The notes: a model not told the origin generated them from the sequence alone. Shown: positions 25,079 through 39,832, numbered from the stretch's first letter. The stretch is 64,000 nucleotides of DNA from Octopus sinensis (GCF_006345805.1 NC_043015.1:4774001-4838000); one strand, 5' to 3'. Numbers and translations: made by a program.

Positions 25079-26098
25079 TAGTTTTATTTTTATAGCGTGC
25101 TTTCACTTCACTACCGAGCGCAGCTCTGTGTGCCTTGGGTATATGCTGTGATTTGTTGTGATGCTCTGATGTTTATTGCATGGAAAGTGTTCTGCGTAGG
25201 ATGTGTGCAGTGCCTAGTAGTGCAAATTTCTGTATGTTATATGTGTTTGTAAGTCCTGGTGTTTTTGTTATGTATTTGTCTGAATATTTTTTTATCATGC
25301 CTAATGCACCTACTATGATAGGAATTGTTTCTGTTTTCAAGTTCCACATTCTAGTTATCTCTATTTCCAGGTCTTTGTATTTTGAGGTTTTCCTCCATTT
25401 CTTTTAGAGACACGTTGTCATCTGCCGGTATTGATACATCAATTAGAAAGCATTTTTTTTCTTCATGATCTCTGACAACTATATCTGGTCTGTTGGCCTT
25501 AATTTCTCTATCTGTGTGTATCGGCATATCCCAGTTGGTTGCTTTCTCGTTTCTGTGACCTTTTCTGGTGTGTGCCTATACCATCTTTTTTCTGTTGTTA
25601 TTCCATAATGTTGGCATAGCTTCCAATGTATGTAGGTTCCAACTCTGTCATGTCTGTGAATATATTCCTTCTTAGCCAGGACTGGGCAGCTAGAGATAAT
25701 ATGATTTATTGTTTCTTGTCCATCTCCACATATCTGCAGTTACTTGTAATATTTCTTTTCATTACATGCTTTTGGTAATTTTCTGGTGGGGATGCTTTGG
25801 TCTTGTGCTGCAATTAAAAATCCCTCTGCTTCTGCTTTGAGTCCTGAGCTTCTCAACCATTGCTGGGATTTTTCTTGTCTATTTCTTTTGCGTTTAGTTT
25901 AGTGCAGTATTTACCATGAAGGGGCTTTTCTTGCCATCGTTTTATCATGGTTCGTTGCTGTTCTATTTTTAGTTTCGATTTCATTTGTTTTATAGCTTTT
26001 GTTGTTTCTTCATCATCATCTTCTTCTTCTTCGTGTTTATTAGGTGGTATGATTTCTTGTTTGTATTTGTCAGCTTCCTTAAATACTGAGAACAGTTT

Positions 26099-26100
<2 letters not shown>
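25076..26100 (-). mobile_element. R4/Dong-clade non-LTR retrotransposon, 3' part (CCHC knuckle + restriction-like endonuclease)
   Basis: The minus strand (with frameshifts) reads C..CGDGQETINHIIS.CPVLAKKEYIHRHDRVGTYIHWKLC...WDMPIHTDREIKANRPDIVVRDH...FLIDVSIP...KYKDLEIEITRMW...IPIIVGALG. Both flanks are (TAA/TTA)n. Confidence 0.9.
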
Positions 26101-26164
<64 letters not shown>

Positions 26165-26184
26165 ATTTTTTTTAAAATTATTAT

Positions 26185-26680
26185 GACGTTAACAGATGAC
26201 AACGTTTCTCTAAAAGAAAAGGAGAAATTTTCAAAATTCAAAGATCTGGAAATAGATGTATCTCGAATGTAAAGTCTAAAGACAGGAACAATTCCTACCA
26301 TATTGAGCAAATTAGGTATGATAGAAAAAAGTATTCAGACAAATACCATATATATATATATTATATATATATATAATATATATATATAATTAATTAATTA
26401 ATAAGGGTGAGAGAATTAGATACTAATTTAATAGTATATCTATTCAACACCAAGTGGCCTAGTGCTCCGAGAAACCTGGATTATTATAATATTTTATATA
26501 TATATATATATATATACGATACAGAAAATAACACTACTAAGTACCGCACACATCCTGCATATGACACTTTTATACAGAAACCATAAGAATATCACAAGAA
26601 ACCACAGTATGTACTCAAGTCTCTTAGAGGTGCGGTCGGTAGTACAGTGAAAGCACGTGATAAAAATAAGACTACTGAAT
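26185..26680 (+). mobile_element. Short 3' fragment of the same R4/Dong family, interrupted by (TA)n and a PLE-like terminal motif (26401-26480)
   Basis: DDNVSLKEKEKFSKFKDLEI segment, and 3' UTR cggt.gtacagtgaaagcacg..ataaaaataagactactgaataataat matching the ends at 25076 and 50770. Confidence 0.8.
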
Positions 26681-26720
26681 AATAATAATACTAACCACAG
26701 CAACAACAACAACAATAATA

Positions 26721-26760
<40 letters not shown>

Positions 26761-26762
<2 letters not shown>

Positions 26763-27290
26763 GTACCAGACTGGCTCTCATGGCTTCTGATCTTAACGGA
26801 TTGGAAGTGGTATCAGTACATTGTTTTGTCTTGGTATAAAAGATGGACTGCAGCAAATATTCTGCTCAATATCACAGATTTCCTTGTGAGTTGTTTGACC
26901 GTAACCAGATAATCATGTCCTTTAGTGGCTGATGATATGTGGATCTCTGACCACGGGTAGAAGTAGTCGGGGAGGATCATAGCCGTGTGTTGAAAGTAAT
27001 TCATGGCGGTTTGGATAATTCACCATTGGAAACATGGGTGGTTCGTCCAACATCCTTAAACAATCCTTATTCAGGGACTTTTTGAGCTGGATGGGCTACA
27101 CGACCAGAAGAAAATTGTAACTGGGCCACTCCTACTTGGCCCTGCGCCGTTTATCTTGATATGCGATCACCATGTCGCGAACATATATTTGTGATGCATG
27201 TGCCTGGTGTACACTTACCAAACGGGTATTCATGATGTGTATACTGGTCTTCGTATATTTTACCCCAATGCACTGCTCTCTCACTCAGTA
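26761..27290 (+). mobile_element. Unclassified ~530-bp interspersed repeat between (TAA)n arrays
   Basis: Complex, GC-richer sequence bounded on both sides by TAA repeats and ending ctctcactcagtaataataat. No recognisable ORF. Confidence 0.4.
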
Positions 27291-27299
27291 ATAATAATG

Positions 27300-27478
27300 A
27301 CATAGGTAAAAGTAATGGTAGTAGTAGCAGTAATTTTCGCATCGGTAGCAGCAGCACAAGAGCTAGTAGTAGTAGTTTTCGTAACAACAGTGGTAGTTGT
27401 AGTAGTAGAAGTAGTAGTTTTAGTACCAGCAGTAGCAGTGGTAGTTGTAGTAGTGTTAGTATTAGCAGCAGCAGCATC

Positions 27479-27535
<57 letters not shown>

Positions 27536-27542
27536 AGTAGTT

Positions 27543-27581
<39 letters not shown>

Positions 27582-27596
27582 ATTGTTCACACGAGC

Positions 27597-27652
<56 letters not shown>

Positions 27653-27662
27653 CAGTAGTAGT
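27300..27662. repeat. (TAG/GTA)n trinucleotide microsatellite
   Basis: Directly visible. Confidence 0.95.
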
Positions 27663-28714
27663 GATTGTTCACACTGGTCATCTAGACATAATACGATGCA
27701 CTGATCGATTACGAATTTCATATTCTGTGTTTGTATTAAAAACTCTTCACATCTCGACTTAGTCGTTTCGGTTCTAGAATCTTGCAAATCAGTACTATTC
27801 ACAAAACCGTGCCGATAAATTTGCCCAAACTTCTACATTTACAAATGAATCTTATTCGATTGCCAAACAGAAGTTAAAATATCATTGCTTAGTTTTACAA
27901 TATGATTCGGTTAAATATTACTGCCGTGTTTCTTGAGTTTCATTGTGTTACAAATGTTTATTTGGAGAATAATTGTGAGTGAAATAAAAATACCAGCTCT
28001 CTGCTAAACAAAGTGTATTGCAACAGTTAGTGACGTTGTGTGAGATTTACTTTACACTTTCTCACTTGGTTGATGCTTTTATAAATGGCATTTTACAAGT
28101 GTTAAGAAAATATATAAAGACTAAGTGTTGAGGTTGACTTAATAGTGCACAAACATTTCTCAAAAGTTTTATTCCCAGTATCCAAACAAATGAACATTTC
28201 ATTGACTAATACTACGTTTTCAAATTCAATTTTATTACTAATCAATTACACCCGTATTTCTTAAATTCAAAGGGTATTATATTTAACTGTTATGACAATA
28301 CAATAGAATAATGACTCAGAATTTGGTCTAGACCAGGTCAGCATTGATTAAAATCGCTGAAATAATCGCAATTATGCAGTGTTGTTATATATAGCAGTGA
28401 TGGCTATTATTGTCTCTATTGATATACATGTCTAGTAGTAATTTTAATTTGTTGTTGGTAATAAATGAGCTCATATTGAATTTCCTTCACATATATTAAA
28501 ATAATGGTCGTCCTCTATATCTGTATTTGTGTTTAGCTTTGTCTGTGTATGTATTTATACTTGCATAGTCTATTATACGTATTATATATAATATCATATT
28601 AGATGTCACAATACCGACTTATTACAATTGAGCGACGTTGACTTCTCAGCGCGCGTACTAATTGCGATCTAATCTGTACAGTTTATATACGTTACCTCCT
28701 AGCTGTATATGTAT

Positions 28715-28784
<70 letters not shown>

Positions 28785-28799
28785 AGAGAGAGAGAGAGA

Positions 28800-28937
28800 G
28801 AGAGAAAATAGTAAAACGTGAAAACACTAAAGAAGGCTTGTTTTAAAAGGTTAAAAAAATATATATTTGAGTCATTATGTCATTATAAATTTGTTGATAC
28901 AATGACATAGTTTTTGAAGGAATGACCTGCTTTCACA
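28800..28937 (-). mobile_element. Isolated 3' end of the Penelope-like family at 2690-3698
   Basis: Reverse complement gaaagcaggtcattccttc..tatgtcattgta...gactcaaatatatattttttaacctt..aagccttct.tagt.ttttcac.ttttactattttctct matches 3567-3700. Both end in (CT)n. Confidence 0.75.
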
Positions 28938-28951
28938 CACCAACTTTCTCA

Positions 28952-28988
<37 letters not shown>

Positions 28989-29472
28989 AGAGAGAAAAGG
29001 GGGGAGGAGGACACTTTAATATATGAACGAACGCGTTTCTATTTTTTCATGTATGCTAATCATTGCAAATGTTGAATTAATATGAAACGTATTTGAAATG
29101 ATCGCTATGCTAAACAGAACCCTTTGTCAAAAACAGAACAGCATCTACCATCAGTGACTTTCCATTATTGCTTTGTCAGTTTCGGAGAAATCTTAAACCT
29201 TGTCCATAACAACATCCTCATTCAGTGATATCCGGTGCCAAAATGTGCCCATTCTTTTCTTGCTCTCCATTCAATATTTTTAAAATGTAGTTTAGTTGGT
29301 CATTGTTAATATATATATATATATAATATATATATATAATATAATATATTATATATATATAATTATATAAATGAATTCGCCTTAAATGGTCCCTTTGCAT
29401 ACTGACCACTTGGTGAAATTGATTAATTAATTAATTGTACCCTCAATTGTTGAAATTATATATATATATATA

Positions 29473-29519
<47 letters not shown>

Positions 29520-29521
<2 letters not shown>

Positions 29522-30200
29522 GAAGAAGTTAGAAAAACGAGACAACCGCTTAGATATTATTAAAACATTTATATCTTCATATCTCCTACACATGTTTCGA
29601 TGAATGCATCAATATCTCCATAGAGGATATAAGTAACAGAACTCATCAAGTAGACATTTTAACAGATATATGAAGTATATACATGTATATGCAAACACAT
29701 GCACATACACATACATACGTACTCGCAACATGTGTTTAGATAATCAAATGTCTTCTTTGTCCACGGAATCATGTTCGCCCATTGTTTCCTACGACACTTA
29801 AGCAACATTTAGCTACCTTAGGATTATTCCCTCGGATCCGTCCTATATATTACACATACACACACACACACGCACATATGAATATTGTGAATGATTCATT
29901 CGGTCGAGGAATATAAATATGCTTGCTCCATAAATGTTTTGCTAATCCTTTAAATTTTTCGATAAATTGTTAGGATTAGTTGCACATATCGTTAGACATT
30001 TTTGAAGATAAAGACATTATAAGGTGCAAGGCAGAGTTTAGGATTCGGGCCTTGGTTCGCGCGTTTACAGGTGTGTTGTTTCTGGGAGAGGTGTGTGTGA
30101 TTGGCTGTTGGTTCATATAGGGTTTGAATATGTGTAGACATTCTCTCTGTATAGTTAGAATGGTTGTAGGTATTCCCTCTATGGAAAACTTCATTTAATA
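29520..30200 (-). mobile_element. Probable second Penelope-like remnant (extreme C-terminus plus downstream decayed hammerhead)
   Basis: Minus-strand ORF 29976-30194 contains RECLHIFKPYMN (cf. the PLE C-terminal E...I....P.LN). A hammerhead-like fold lies at 29586-29653 on the same strand. Confidence 0.4.
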
Positions 30201-31083
30201 TAAAACATTAAGTAATGAGTGATTTAAAGTATCTCTAACATTTACGCTAAATTTTCCTGATCAAATTTATTGTGAACACTCTTTTGGTAATAATGTCGAA
30301 TCAATGTTTTACGCTCAGAACAGTCGTCTGTTGAACTCGCCGCATTTACATCACTGTTTTTATTTATATACAGATAAAATATTTGAGTTTGTGTTTACCT
30401 TGGAGATATTTTAGTAGCTTAATTGGAATTTCATTTCAATTTGTCAATGCAGAAAATTTGAAGCCTATTAAAAACTTTAAGGCTACTATCCAGATAACAA
30501 TTAACAATAATCACTATCATTTCTTAAGTAGAACGACAATTGCTTATTACAAAATTACTTAGCAACTGTTATAGCAGACATATTCTCCAACAATCACACA
30601 ACAAATGAGTGAATACAGCTCATTTTTTAATTAACGGATAGGCGCATTAACGAACATAATTTTAAACAGTTGTACGACAATTAACAACAAATTCGCCTTT
30701 AGTTCTTTCCCCCAGAGAAATGTATGGTCGTCATAAATGAATTTATGACTACACTGTTTTACGCAGAAATTGATATCAGACGAAATATTTTGACGGAGAA
30801 ATAAAGTATTACAATTCATATATAAGATAATGCGGGAAGAATTTGTACAGACTCGAAAATATCCTTTTGGAAATCCCCTACGATAATACTCTCCTACCAA
30901 CGCGTAATATTCCCATTCAAGACTGGAGCAGAAACGTATGGTATTTCAGAATCATTACTAAAAATGACTACATGCACACAAATATACATACAAATACATG
31001 CACGGATATACTCATACATACGAACACATATACTTAAATGTGCCTCCAGATATATATGCACACACACACACACAAACACACAC

Positions 31084-31164
<81 letters not shown>

Positions 31165-32060
31165 GCATAGGCATATACACGCCACACGCATAGATACATA
31201 CACACACAGAGACATATACATAATATATATATATACATATATACAGGTACTCGAAATGATATGCACCAAGTAGGGTTGCATCAAGGACGAAATGTCAAAT
31301 TCTATTTGAGAAGAGATATCACAAGGTTCGCTAAACCATACTTGAACAGTAGATACCGGTCATAGCTTTCCTGCATGAAACTGTTTGTAATTTTAAAGAG
31401 TAAGTAATAAACTAGACGTTCGTAAGTCTACACACACGTCTAAATATCTTAAGGACAGTAAACATCCTCTTTAATACCTCCTAACAGAAGGCGAATCTAA
31501 TTTATTCCCGCTGTTGCTGGTCCAATAGTCGATTGACCCACCTATTACTTTCTGAGTTCTTCTAGTCACTTTCACGTTTAACTATATAACCACTAGTCCT
31601 TGAAAATGCTTAGTAAATATCTACGAATATTCTTAAATAGAATCCGTTTGAAAGTAAATTCTGGAATTCTCTGAATAATGAAAAACAGATGACGAAATAG
31701 CGCGTAGTGCAATACGCCTTAAACCCCTTAACAAAGGATATACCATGGCCGTGTTATCATGATTCAACTTAAGAAAGGTGTATAGAGGTTGGTGATGATA
31801 GTAAAGTATACAAATGATTGTAAAGTATACAAATTCTGATGACTAATGGTAGACTATGATCTTGACTCACTCTTAAATATCCTTTACTGATGCTCCAAAC
31901 AGCAACTTATTTCTTAGCAAACACTCTAATATACATCCATGCTTCGATACACAATCGAATGCTTCAGGTTTCGAGGTTATTCAACACACCTGACTCTTTA
32001 ATGTTCAAGAGCAGATATCTATATATGGATCTATATTCATGTCCATGCATATATATATAC

Positions 32061-32095
<35 letters not shown>

Positions 32096-32107
32096 GTGTG
32101 TGTGTGT

Positions 32108-32138
<31 letters not shown>

Positions 32139-33035
32139 TGTGTATATGTATGTATAAATATATATCTACCAATATATATATATATAATATATAATATATA
32201 TTTATATATATATATATATATATCAACATGCCAGCATACATTCTTCGAATGCTTGGGTGCACATAGAAATAGGAAAACCATTCATATGAATAGATACAAC
32301 AAACATACCAAAAATAAGGATAACAGCTACATAGCATCATGTCACACCAAAGATGTAAAACATGAATAGTTAGAAAATTCTAGAAGAAAAATAACACCAG
32401 CGGACTTTAAGTCACAAAGATGCCGAGAGTGTAGAGTTAATGGAATTTTGGCACATAAATCAACTGATCTTCTATACGTTTCGAGGCATCCATTGGAAAT
32501 AGATTTTCTGTAAGTTCATCCGCCCGTTTTGTGGTTTCTGCAACCACAATGCCAGTAATAATATTTTCCAGTATAACGAAGCTAACGACGATATATATGC
32601 ACTAATGCACATTGCAAGACTTGCATGGGCACTTGTTTACTTTTATTTGTGTTCACACTCTGCTTATGAACAAAACAAGAACACTCACATATGTATCCAA
32701 AAGCACAAACGCAAGCATGATTCCATAAACACACACACACAAGTGCTCGCACGCACATGCATGCACACATATATACCCATATGCATAAGGAGAGTGTGTT
32801 TGAGATGAAATAGTGTTAGATATTAAAAAAAAGTCAGGTAAAGCATATATATAAACCTATATGCATATGAGTAAAGATGTATGTATACTGACATGTGTCT
32901 ACACCAATAACGGGAGAGACATACTTTTAAAAACAGGTACAGAATGGATCGATTTGTATATTTATACGAACGTAAACGTATCTGTGTAGGGAAAAAAAGA
33001 AAATATATGTCTATTATATCTATGCATATATATAA

Positions 33036-33073
<38 letters not shown>

Positions 33074-33134
33074 TTTATGTATATGTATGTATGTATGTAT
33101 GAAAGTAAGTATGCATGTATGTGTGTTGTATGTA

Positions 33135-33186
<52 letters not shown>

Positions 33187-33204
33187 ATGTATATTATTTT
33201 ATTC

Positions 33205-33390
33205 CTTTCTTTTTTTATGATATTTATTTCATTCATTTGTCTGCGGGTATGCTGGACCACCGCCTTTGGTCGAGCATATGGAACTCTCGATTTATTCTTT
33301 GTAAGCCAAGTACTTATTCCATCGCTTTCTCTCGCTGAACCGCTAGCTAATGGAGCCATAAACGCACCAGCATCTGTTGTCAATCTATGT
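33205..33390 (-). mobile_element. Group A SINE, 3' half
   Basis: Reverse complement matches ...tagcggttc.gc...aataagtact.ggcttacaaagaataa...ctcgacca aaggcggtggtccagcat. Confidence 0.75.
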
Positions 33391-33881
33391 TGATGGAACA
33401 AACATACACACACATAAGCATATATGTATGTATATATCATGCATGTATGTATATAAATATGTATATATTTATATATGTAATAATGCATGCATGTTGCTGA
33501 GACAGATATATATATATACGTATTCTTCTTCATGATCAATTTTGTCAATACTTGTGCGCTTGAATTTGGACATATTTTTTATTGCATTCATTTGGATTTT
33601 GACCAAGCACAGGGATCAGCATTTTAAGGAAGTGTAGATAGAAAATACATAGATTATCGTGTCTATTTCATTTACATCATTTCAGATTTTTTACAGTATA
33701 CTTAAAAACCACTCGTATTATTACTCCTGTAAAGAGTAACAAACATTGAAAAGAAGAAACGACAAAGAATCTATGGCGATATATCCTTACATATATGCAA
33801 CATCTTCAAACGAAGTAACGAATTTTATATTCATATATATAAATTACCACATATAGAGGTATATATATATATATATATATA

Positions 33882-33938
<57 letters not shown>

Positions 33939-34063
33939 TATAGTGTGTGTTTGCATAAACATACACATATACATATATGTGTGTGAGTGTATAGACGTAG
34001 ATATTTGTGTATGTATATAGAGTTATCGCCCTCTGTACTATGATACATCTTTTTTTGTTTCGA

Positions 34064-34095
<32 letters not shown>

Positions 34096-34599
34096 GCATG
34101 CGTATATGTATACACGCGCAGATACATACTTTCACGTTTCGGTTCATAGTTCACATACCTATATTTTACCAATAGAAAAAATATATATATTAATATTAAC
34201 ATTAATATTAATGTTCATATTCTTATTCTTCTTATTCATCTTTTTGTTAACAACTTTGTAACCGTTTCTGTATAACGTAGAAACTCCACACTTCAGATCA
34301 TTTCACTGCCTCCAAACGATAACCAAAGAACGTGAATTGGCAGGAGAAATTACATTTTGATTACCATTATATAAAAAGAAACCTACAATAATATTTAAGA
34401 GAAATATGTAATAATAATTCAACACGTATATGTATGTGCGTTTTTGTTGTATTTATTATATTTCCTACATCCAATGTGTTAGTGTATATATCTATGTGTA
34501 TAGAGTTATATGAGATATATAATCTATACACACATACACACACACACACCACACACACACACACACACACCCACACCACACCAACACACACACACACAT

Positions 34600-34653
<54 letters not shown>

Positions 34654-34764
34654 GTATAACCCGCCGAAATTGCTGGAAGTCGACTGAGGATAGAAAACTT
34701 GAAATGATCCGTCCTTGTTTTCCTTGTATCCTATGTCTGACTGTTTTGCTTTGTCACTCTTTCG

Positions 34765-34817
<53 letters not shown>

Positions 34818-35752
34818 TATATATATATATATATACACATACATATATAGCAGGGTCGGGTGCCGTCCTGTATAAACATGCACACGTGTACATATATCAA
34901 ATTACATTTACGCGTAAATATTTTACCCATACCGAAGCAGAACTGAAAATTTGCAAAACTTGTGGTCACCGTCTTCATTGATATTCCATTGCAATTTGCA
35001 GTCATTAGAATTATAAATGTGTAAGTTAAAATATCTTTCTGTTTACTGATAACGATTGGTGCATGCCGAGGAAGGATTTCTTGTTTTTGTTATAGTGGGG
35101 TATCTGATGGTACCCAAAAAGTGTACATTTCCTACCCATTGGAAGGCATTAAAGAAACGCTAACTTCCAGTCTAAGGCAACTGCATATGCCGTACAAAGA
35201 TGTTCAATCTATCACTTCTTGACTAAACAAAATGGCGAATAAATATACGGCTTGAGGTAAAATATTTTGGAGAAATGAAGTAATATCCGATGCATCATTA
35301 GTATATAGAACGGATCGTGTGTAAAATATATTAAACAATAGAATATTCGTCACAAGTTCTTCAATTAGAATTCGAATGTGAAATTTGCATTACATGTTCA
35401 AGAATGTGATAAACAAGCAGATTGTTGATGTCTTGAATTCTATGAATACACTTATGGTGTAAAGAATTTAGTTGATAATGGTACACCCACCCGACGTGAG
35501 GATTGGAATAACTTTATCACTATAAGAGAAATACGTGGAGTAAGAGAGTATGTAGAAGGCACTCAGAGAGAATCAAATATTTACTGGTTTACTAAGTATA
35601 CTGCATATCGGATTAAACGTTATGACAGGCAGGGATAGCAGATATTATAACAATCAGACGTAGTAGATGTTATATCAGTGGCTACGAAGAATAAAACTTG
35701 GAGTATTCCTGACCGATAACAGAGGTATGTAACTTTGCTCTAAAATATAATT

Positions 35753-36158
35753 TATTTCTTTTTAGTACCCACAAAGGGCTAAACACAGAAGGGACAAACG
35801 AGGACCGACAAATGTATTAAGTCTATTACATCAACCCCAGTGCGTACTGGGACTTATTTAATCGACCCCGAAAGGATGAAAGGCAAAGTCGACCCCGGCG
35901 TAATTTGAACACAGAACGTAGCGGCAGATGAAATGCCTATTTCTTTACTACCCACAAGGGGCTAAACACAGAGATGACACACAATAGGATTAACTCGATT
36001 ATATCGACCCCAGTGAGTAACTGGTACTTATTTAATCGATCCTGAACGGATAAAACGCAAAGTCGACCTCGGCGGAATTGAACTCAGAACGTAGCGGCAG
36101 ACGCAATACCGCTAAGCATTTCGCCCGGCGTGCTAACGTTTCTGCCAGCTCACCGTCC
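35753..36158 (-). mobile_element. Head-to-tail dimer of tRNA-derived SINE group C
   Basis: Two units (35753-35937, 35938-36158) of gagctggcagaaacgttagcacgcc...ctacgttctgagttcaa.ttccgccgaggtcgactttgcctttcatcctttcggggtcgattaaataagtacca. The central part resembles, from memory, the Meta domain of MetaSINEs. Confidence 0.88.
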
Positions 36159-36200
36159 TCGAACTAAATTACAATTTACCCAAAGAAAATCAAGTTGTAT

Positions 36201-36356
36201 GTGGCTGTGTGGTAAGTAGCTTATTTACCAACCACATGGCCCCGGGTTCAGTCCCAATGCGTGGCACCTTGGGCGATTGTTTTCTACTATAGCCTCGGGC
36301 CGACCAAAGCCTTGTGAGTGGATTTGGTTGACGGAACCTAAAAGGAGCCCGTCGTA

Positions 36357-36405
<49 letters not shown>

Positions 36406-36505
36406 GTGTGTGTGTTTGTGTGTCTGTGTTGTCCCCCTAGCATTGCTTGACAACCGATGGTGGCGTGTTTATGTCCCTGTTACTTAGCGGTTCGGCAAAA
36501 GAGAG
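36201..36505 (+). mobile_element. Group A SINE (3'-truncated)
   Basis: gtggctgtgtggtaagtagctt...cccgggttcagtccc (A/B boxes); collinear with 8964-9255. Confidence 0.9.
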
Positions 36506-36532
36506 AGAGAGTATATATATATATAATATATA

Positions 36533-36579
<47 letters not shown>

Positions 36580-36837
36580 CGTTTGTGTGTGTTTGCATGT
36601 ATGTAAATATACATATGTATGGATGTACATGTATCTATGATCATAATGATCATAGCTACAGAGGTGTGAATGCATTTAATCAACAGAGTAATCAATGCGA
36701 TGAAGCAGTGTAAAATAATATTTATTCAACTCTGATTCAGAATGACGCGTTAAACATTATTCTCGTTAACACTTCAGCATATTCATATATGCATATATAT
36801 ATATACATATATATATATAGATATATATATATCTATA

Positions 36838-36881
<44 letters not shown>

Positions 36882-37741
36882 GTATGTGTATATGTATATG
36901 TTTGTATGTATGCATATATAGAAACATTCTTATATAAATGTATCTGATATATAATATGTGTGTATGATATATATGATATATATAGGAATATAAAAATGTA
37001 CACATAGCCATGTGTATACGTGGATGACAATATAACGGTGATTGCTCTGTGCAAATAAAACGCAAGTGTGCTGTTAAATATGAAACATACACGTAAAATG
37101 CTCTACGAACAAGAGCTAAAAATTATTGATACTAACCACCCATCAAACCAACCAACCAGCCAACCATCGAACCTTCATACAAACAGACGAACTCGCGAAC
37201 AAACAAACCAACTACCATGAAATATGAAAAAAAATTTAAAAAATATACATATAAATATAAGCAGCAAAATTTAAGATAAAAAAGGGGTCAAAGAGAAATT
37301 CCATATTCTTTCCATGAGTGAGAAATTTGTTCTGCACAAACAACAGCATATTACATACTTTATAATAGGTTGTGTAAATATTAACTATCATTCGCTTATA
37401 TAAAGAGACGTGCCATTTTGCACAATTCGATTTCCGTGCCGTACGCTGAGAGCATTCTTGTAAAAATCATTGATCAATATTAACACATCCTTTGGCTTGA
37501 TCTACCTGAAGCTACCAAAGCCATTACTCTTTTTTTAAGTAATATTTAGCATTTTAAAAAATATATTTATATTATTGTTAGGCATTGAAAATGGATGATG
37601 ATATTGAATGTTACAGAGTAAATAGATTATGTAAACATACAATCGGCTGCTGTTTTCTTCTCCTTTGTGCAGATTCAATGTGCATGCTAATGCATATATA
37701 CATACACACATGTCTGTGTGCATTTATATGTGCATATTGTA

Positions 37742-37779
<38 letters not shown>

Positions 37780-37967
37780 TATACTCTTTTACTCTATTTA
37801 TTTTGTTTCAGTCATTTGACTGCGACCATATATATATATATATATTATATATATATATAATATATATAATATATATAATCATTGATACATAGATAAATAT
37901 ACATATTTATGCATATGATTTCAGGCACACGAATCACGCACACACACTCAGACACACAACACACACG

Positions 37968-38022
<55 letters not shown>

Positions 38023-38969
38023 TGTGTGTGTATGTGTGTGTGTATGTACGTATCCATATGTGTGTGTACTCATGTATATATTTAACTGTGTGTTTGATTT
38101 TATGCATATCTACGTGCCTGTTAGCATATAAGTGACAGAGGAGACAGAGTTAAGGCGACATCATGCTCGTATTTTCAGACTGATCGAGATTTAAATTCCA
38201 TCGATAACTAATCTAAGAGTCGCCAATTGCACGTTTGTTTATTCGGCCTCTAGCATGCCTGATGCTCATGTGTTCACCTGATTCGAAGTATATTTCGCAT
38301 CTGTGAAGCTTTTATTGACGTAAATGTGAGCCACACTGTAGACAAAAAGCTGCTTAACTGCAAATGTTAGCTTTTACTTTCAAGACAAAGCAATTACCTT
38401 AAAATATTACACATCAATAGAAACACAGTAGCTAATATTAACGCCTTTGTCACCAAACAATCAGATAGCAATATCCCTATAGTTAAGGCATCTTTAACGC
38501 TTCTGTAAATACACAGATGCTATGAAACCACTTTTAACGGCAAATCAATTGTTGACGAAGGTACCCCCAGCAGGCACGTGCATGCGTTACAGCTACACTC
38601 TTCTTGCAGAAATTTTTTGACACTTCGCTCAGATTTCTAGAGAAATCTGGCAACATTTGTTATACGTGATGAACAATTTTCTCCGAGACATAAAATGCGA
38701 TAGACGAGTGATCTAGAACAATTGGGAGTCTTGTTTTAAAGTACTTACTCGGAACAAAGAAACGGCAGTTTTTCGACATCGATGGAGTATCCTCAAAAGT
38801 AGAATCACAAAATGATGTTTCTCAGTACACGAACCCAAATAACATGTATTAAAATAACATTGTCATAATACAGCGGTGACTAATTTCATCAACATCGGAC
38901 GACTTTGAGTAATTCCGGTGATGGTTGAATCACTAGTAAGTACAATTAATAATATATATTGCACATTAG

Positions 38970-39185
38970 GAAAGCGAGCTGGCAGACTTGACAGCACGCC
39001 GGGTGGAAAGCTTATAGGCATTTCGTCCGACTTCATATTCTAAGTTCAAATTCCGTCGAGGTCCACTTAGTTTTTCATCCTTTCTGGGTTGATAAGATAA
39101 GTATCATTTCACTGCTAGGGCCATATAATCGATGTAATCATTCACCCAGAATTGGTGGATTTGGGCCCAAAGTTGAAATCAATAT
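38970..39185 (+). mobile_element. Group C SINE
   Basis: gcgagctggcagac...agcacgccggg...agttcaaattccgtcgaggtc...tttcatcctttctggg.tgataa. Confidence 0.8.
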
Positions 39186-39735
39186 GTATTGCACTTCATG
39201 TAAAAGCATCAAAATTCGCATTATAGACATGGAGAATATATTACATGCACATTCTTTTGAGAATACCTTCAAGTAGAAATGATTATTTTTCTTGCTCTGT
39301 GCAGTTTGTTTTATTTCTACAATAATCCAAAGACCTGTCATTGACTAACGTCACAATCTCATGTTCAGAACGTGTAATATTTTCTTCCACCGGGACATTA
39401 AAAGTATCGGCGAACCTGTCATTTCTGCTTCTGCTGTACCAACCCTATAATGATGCCTGAGTGAAATGCCATAATCGCAAGATATTTGGAGAGCATTACA
39501 AGTGGCATCGTAAGAGAATGCCTTCTATAACATTATCTCATATGTGCATGGTGATGTATATGCACATATAGACAAACATGCATACTCTTCAATGTATAAA
39601 TATATATTTATAAATATATAATTTAATATATGTGTGCGTGCATGAAAGAGAGAGTGAGAGAAAGAGATAATGATCGCTATGAAATAACAGTATTCCGTTG
39701 AACAAAACCCCCATACATTTATGTGTGTGTTTCTG

Positions 39736-39832
<97 letters not shown>

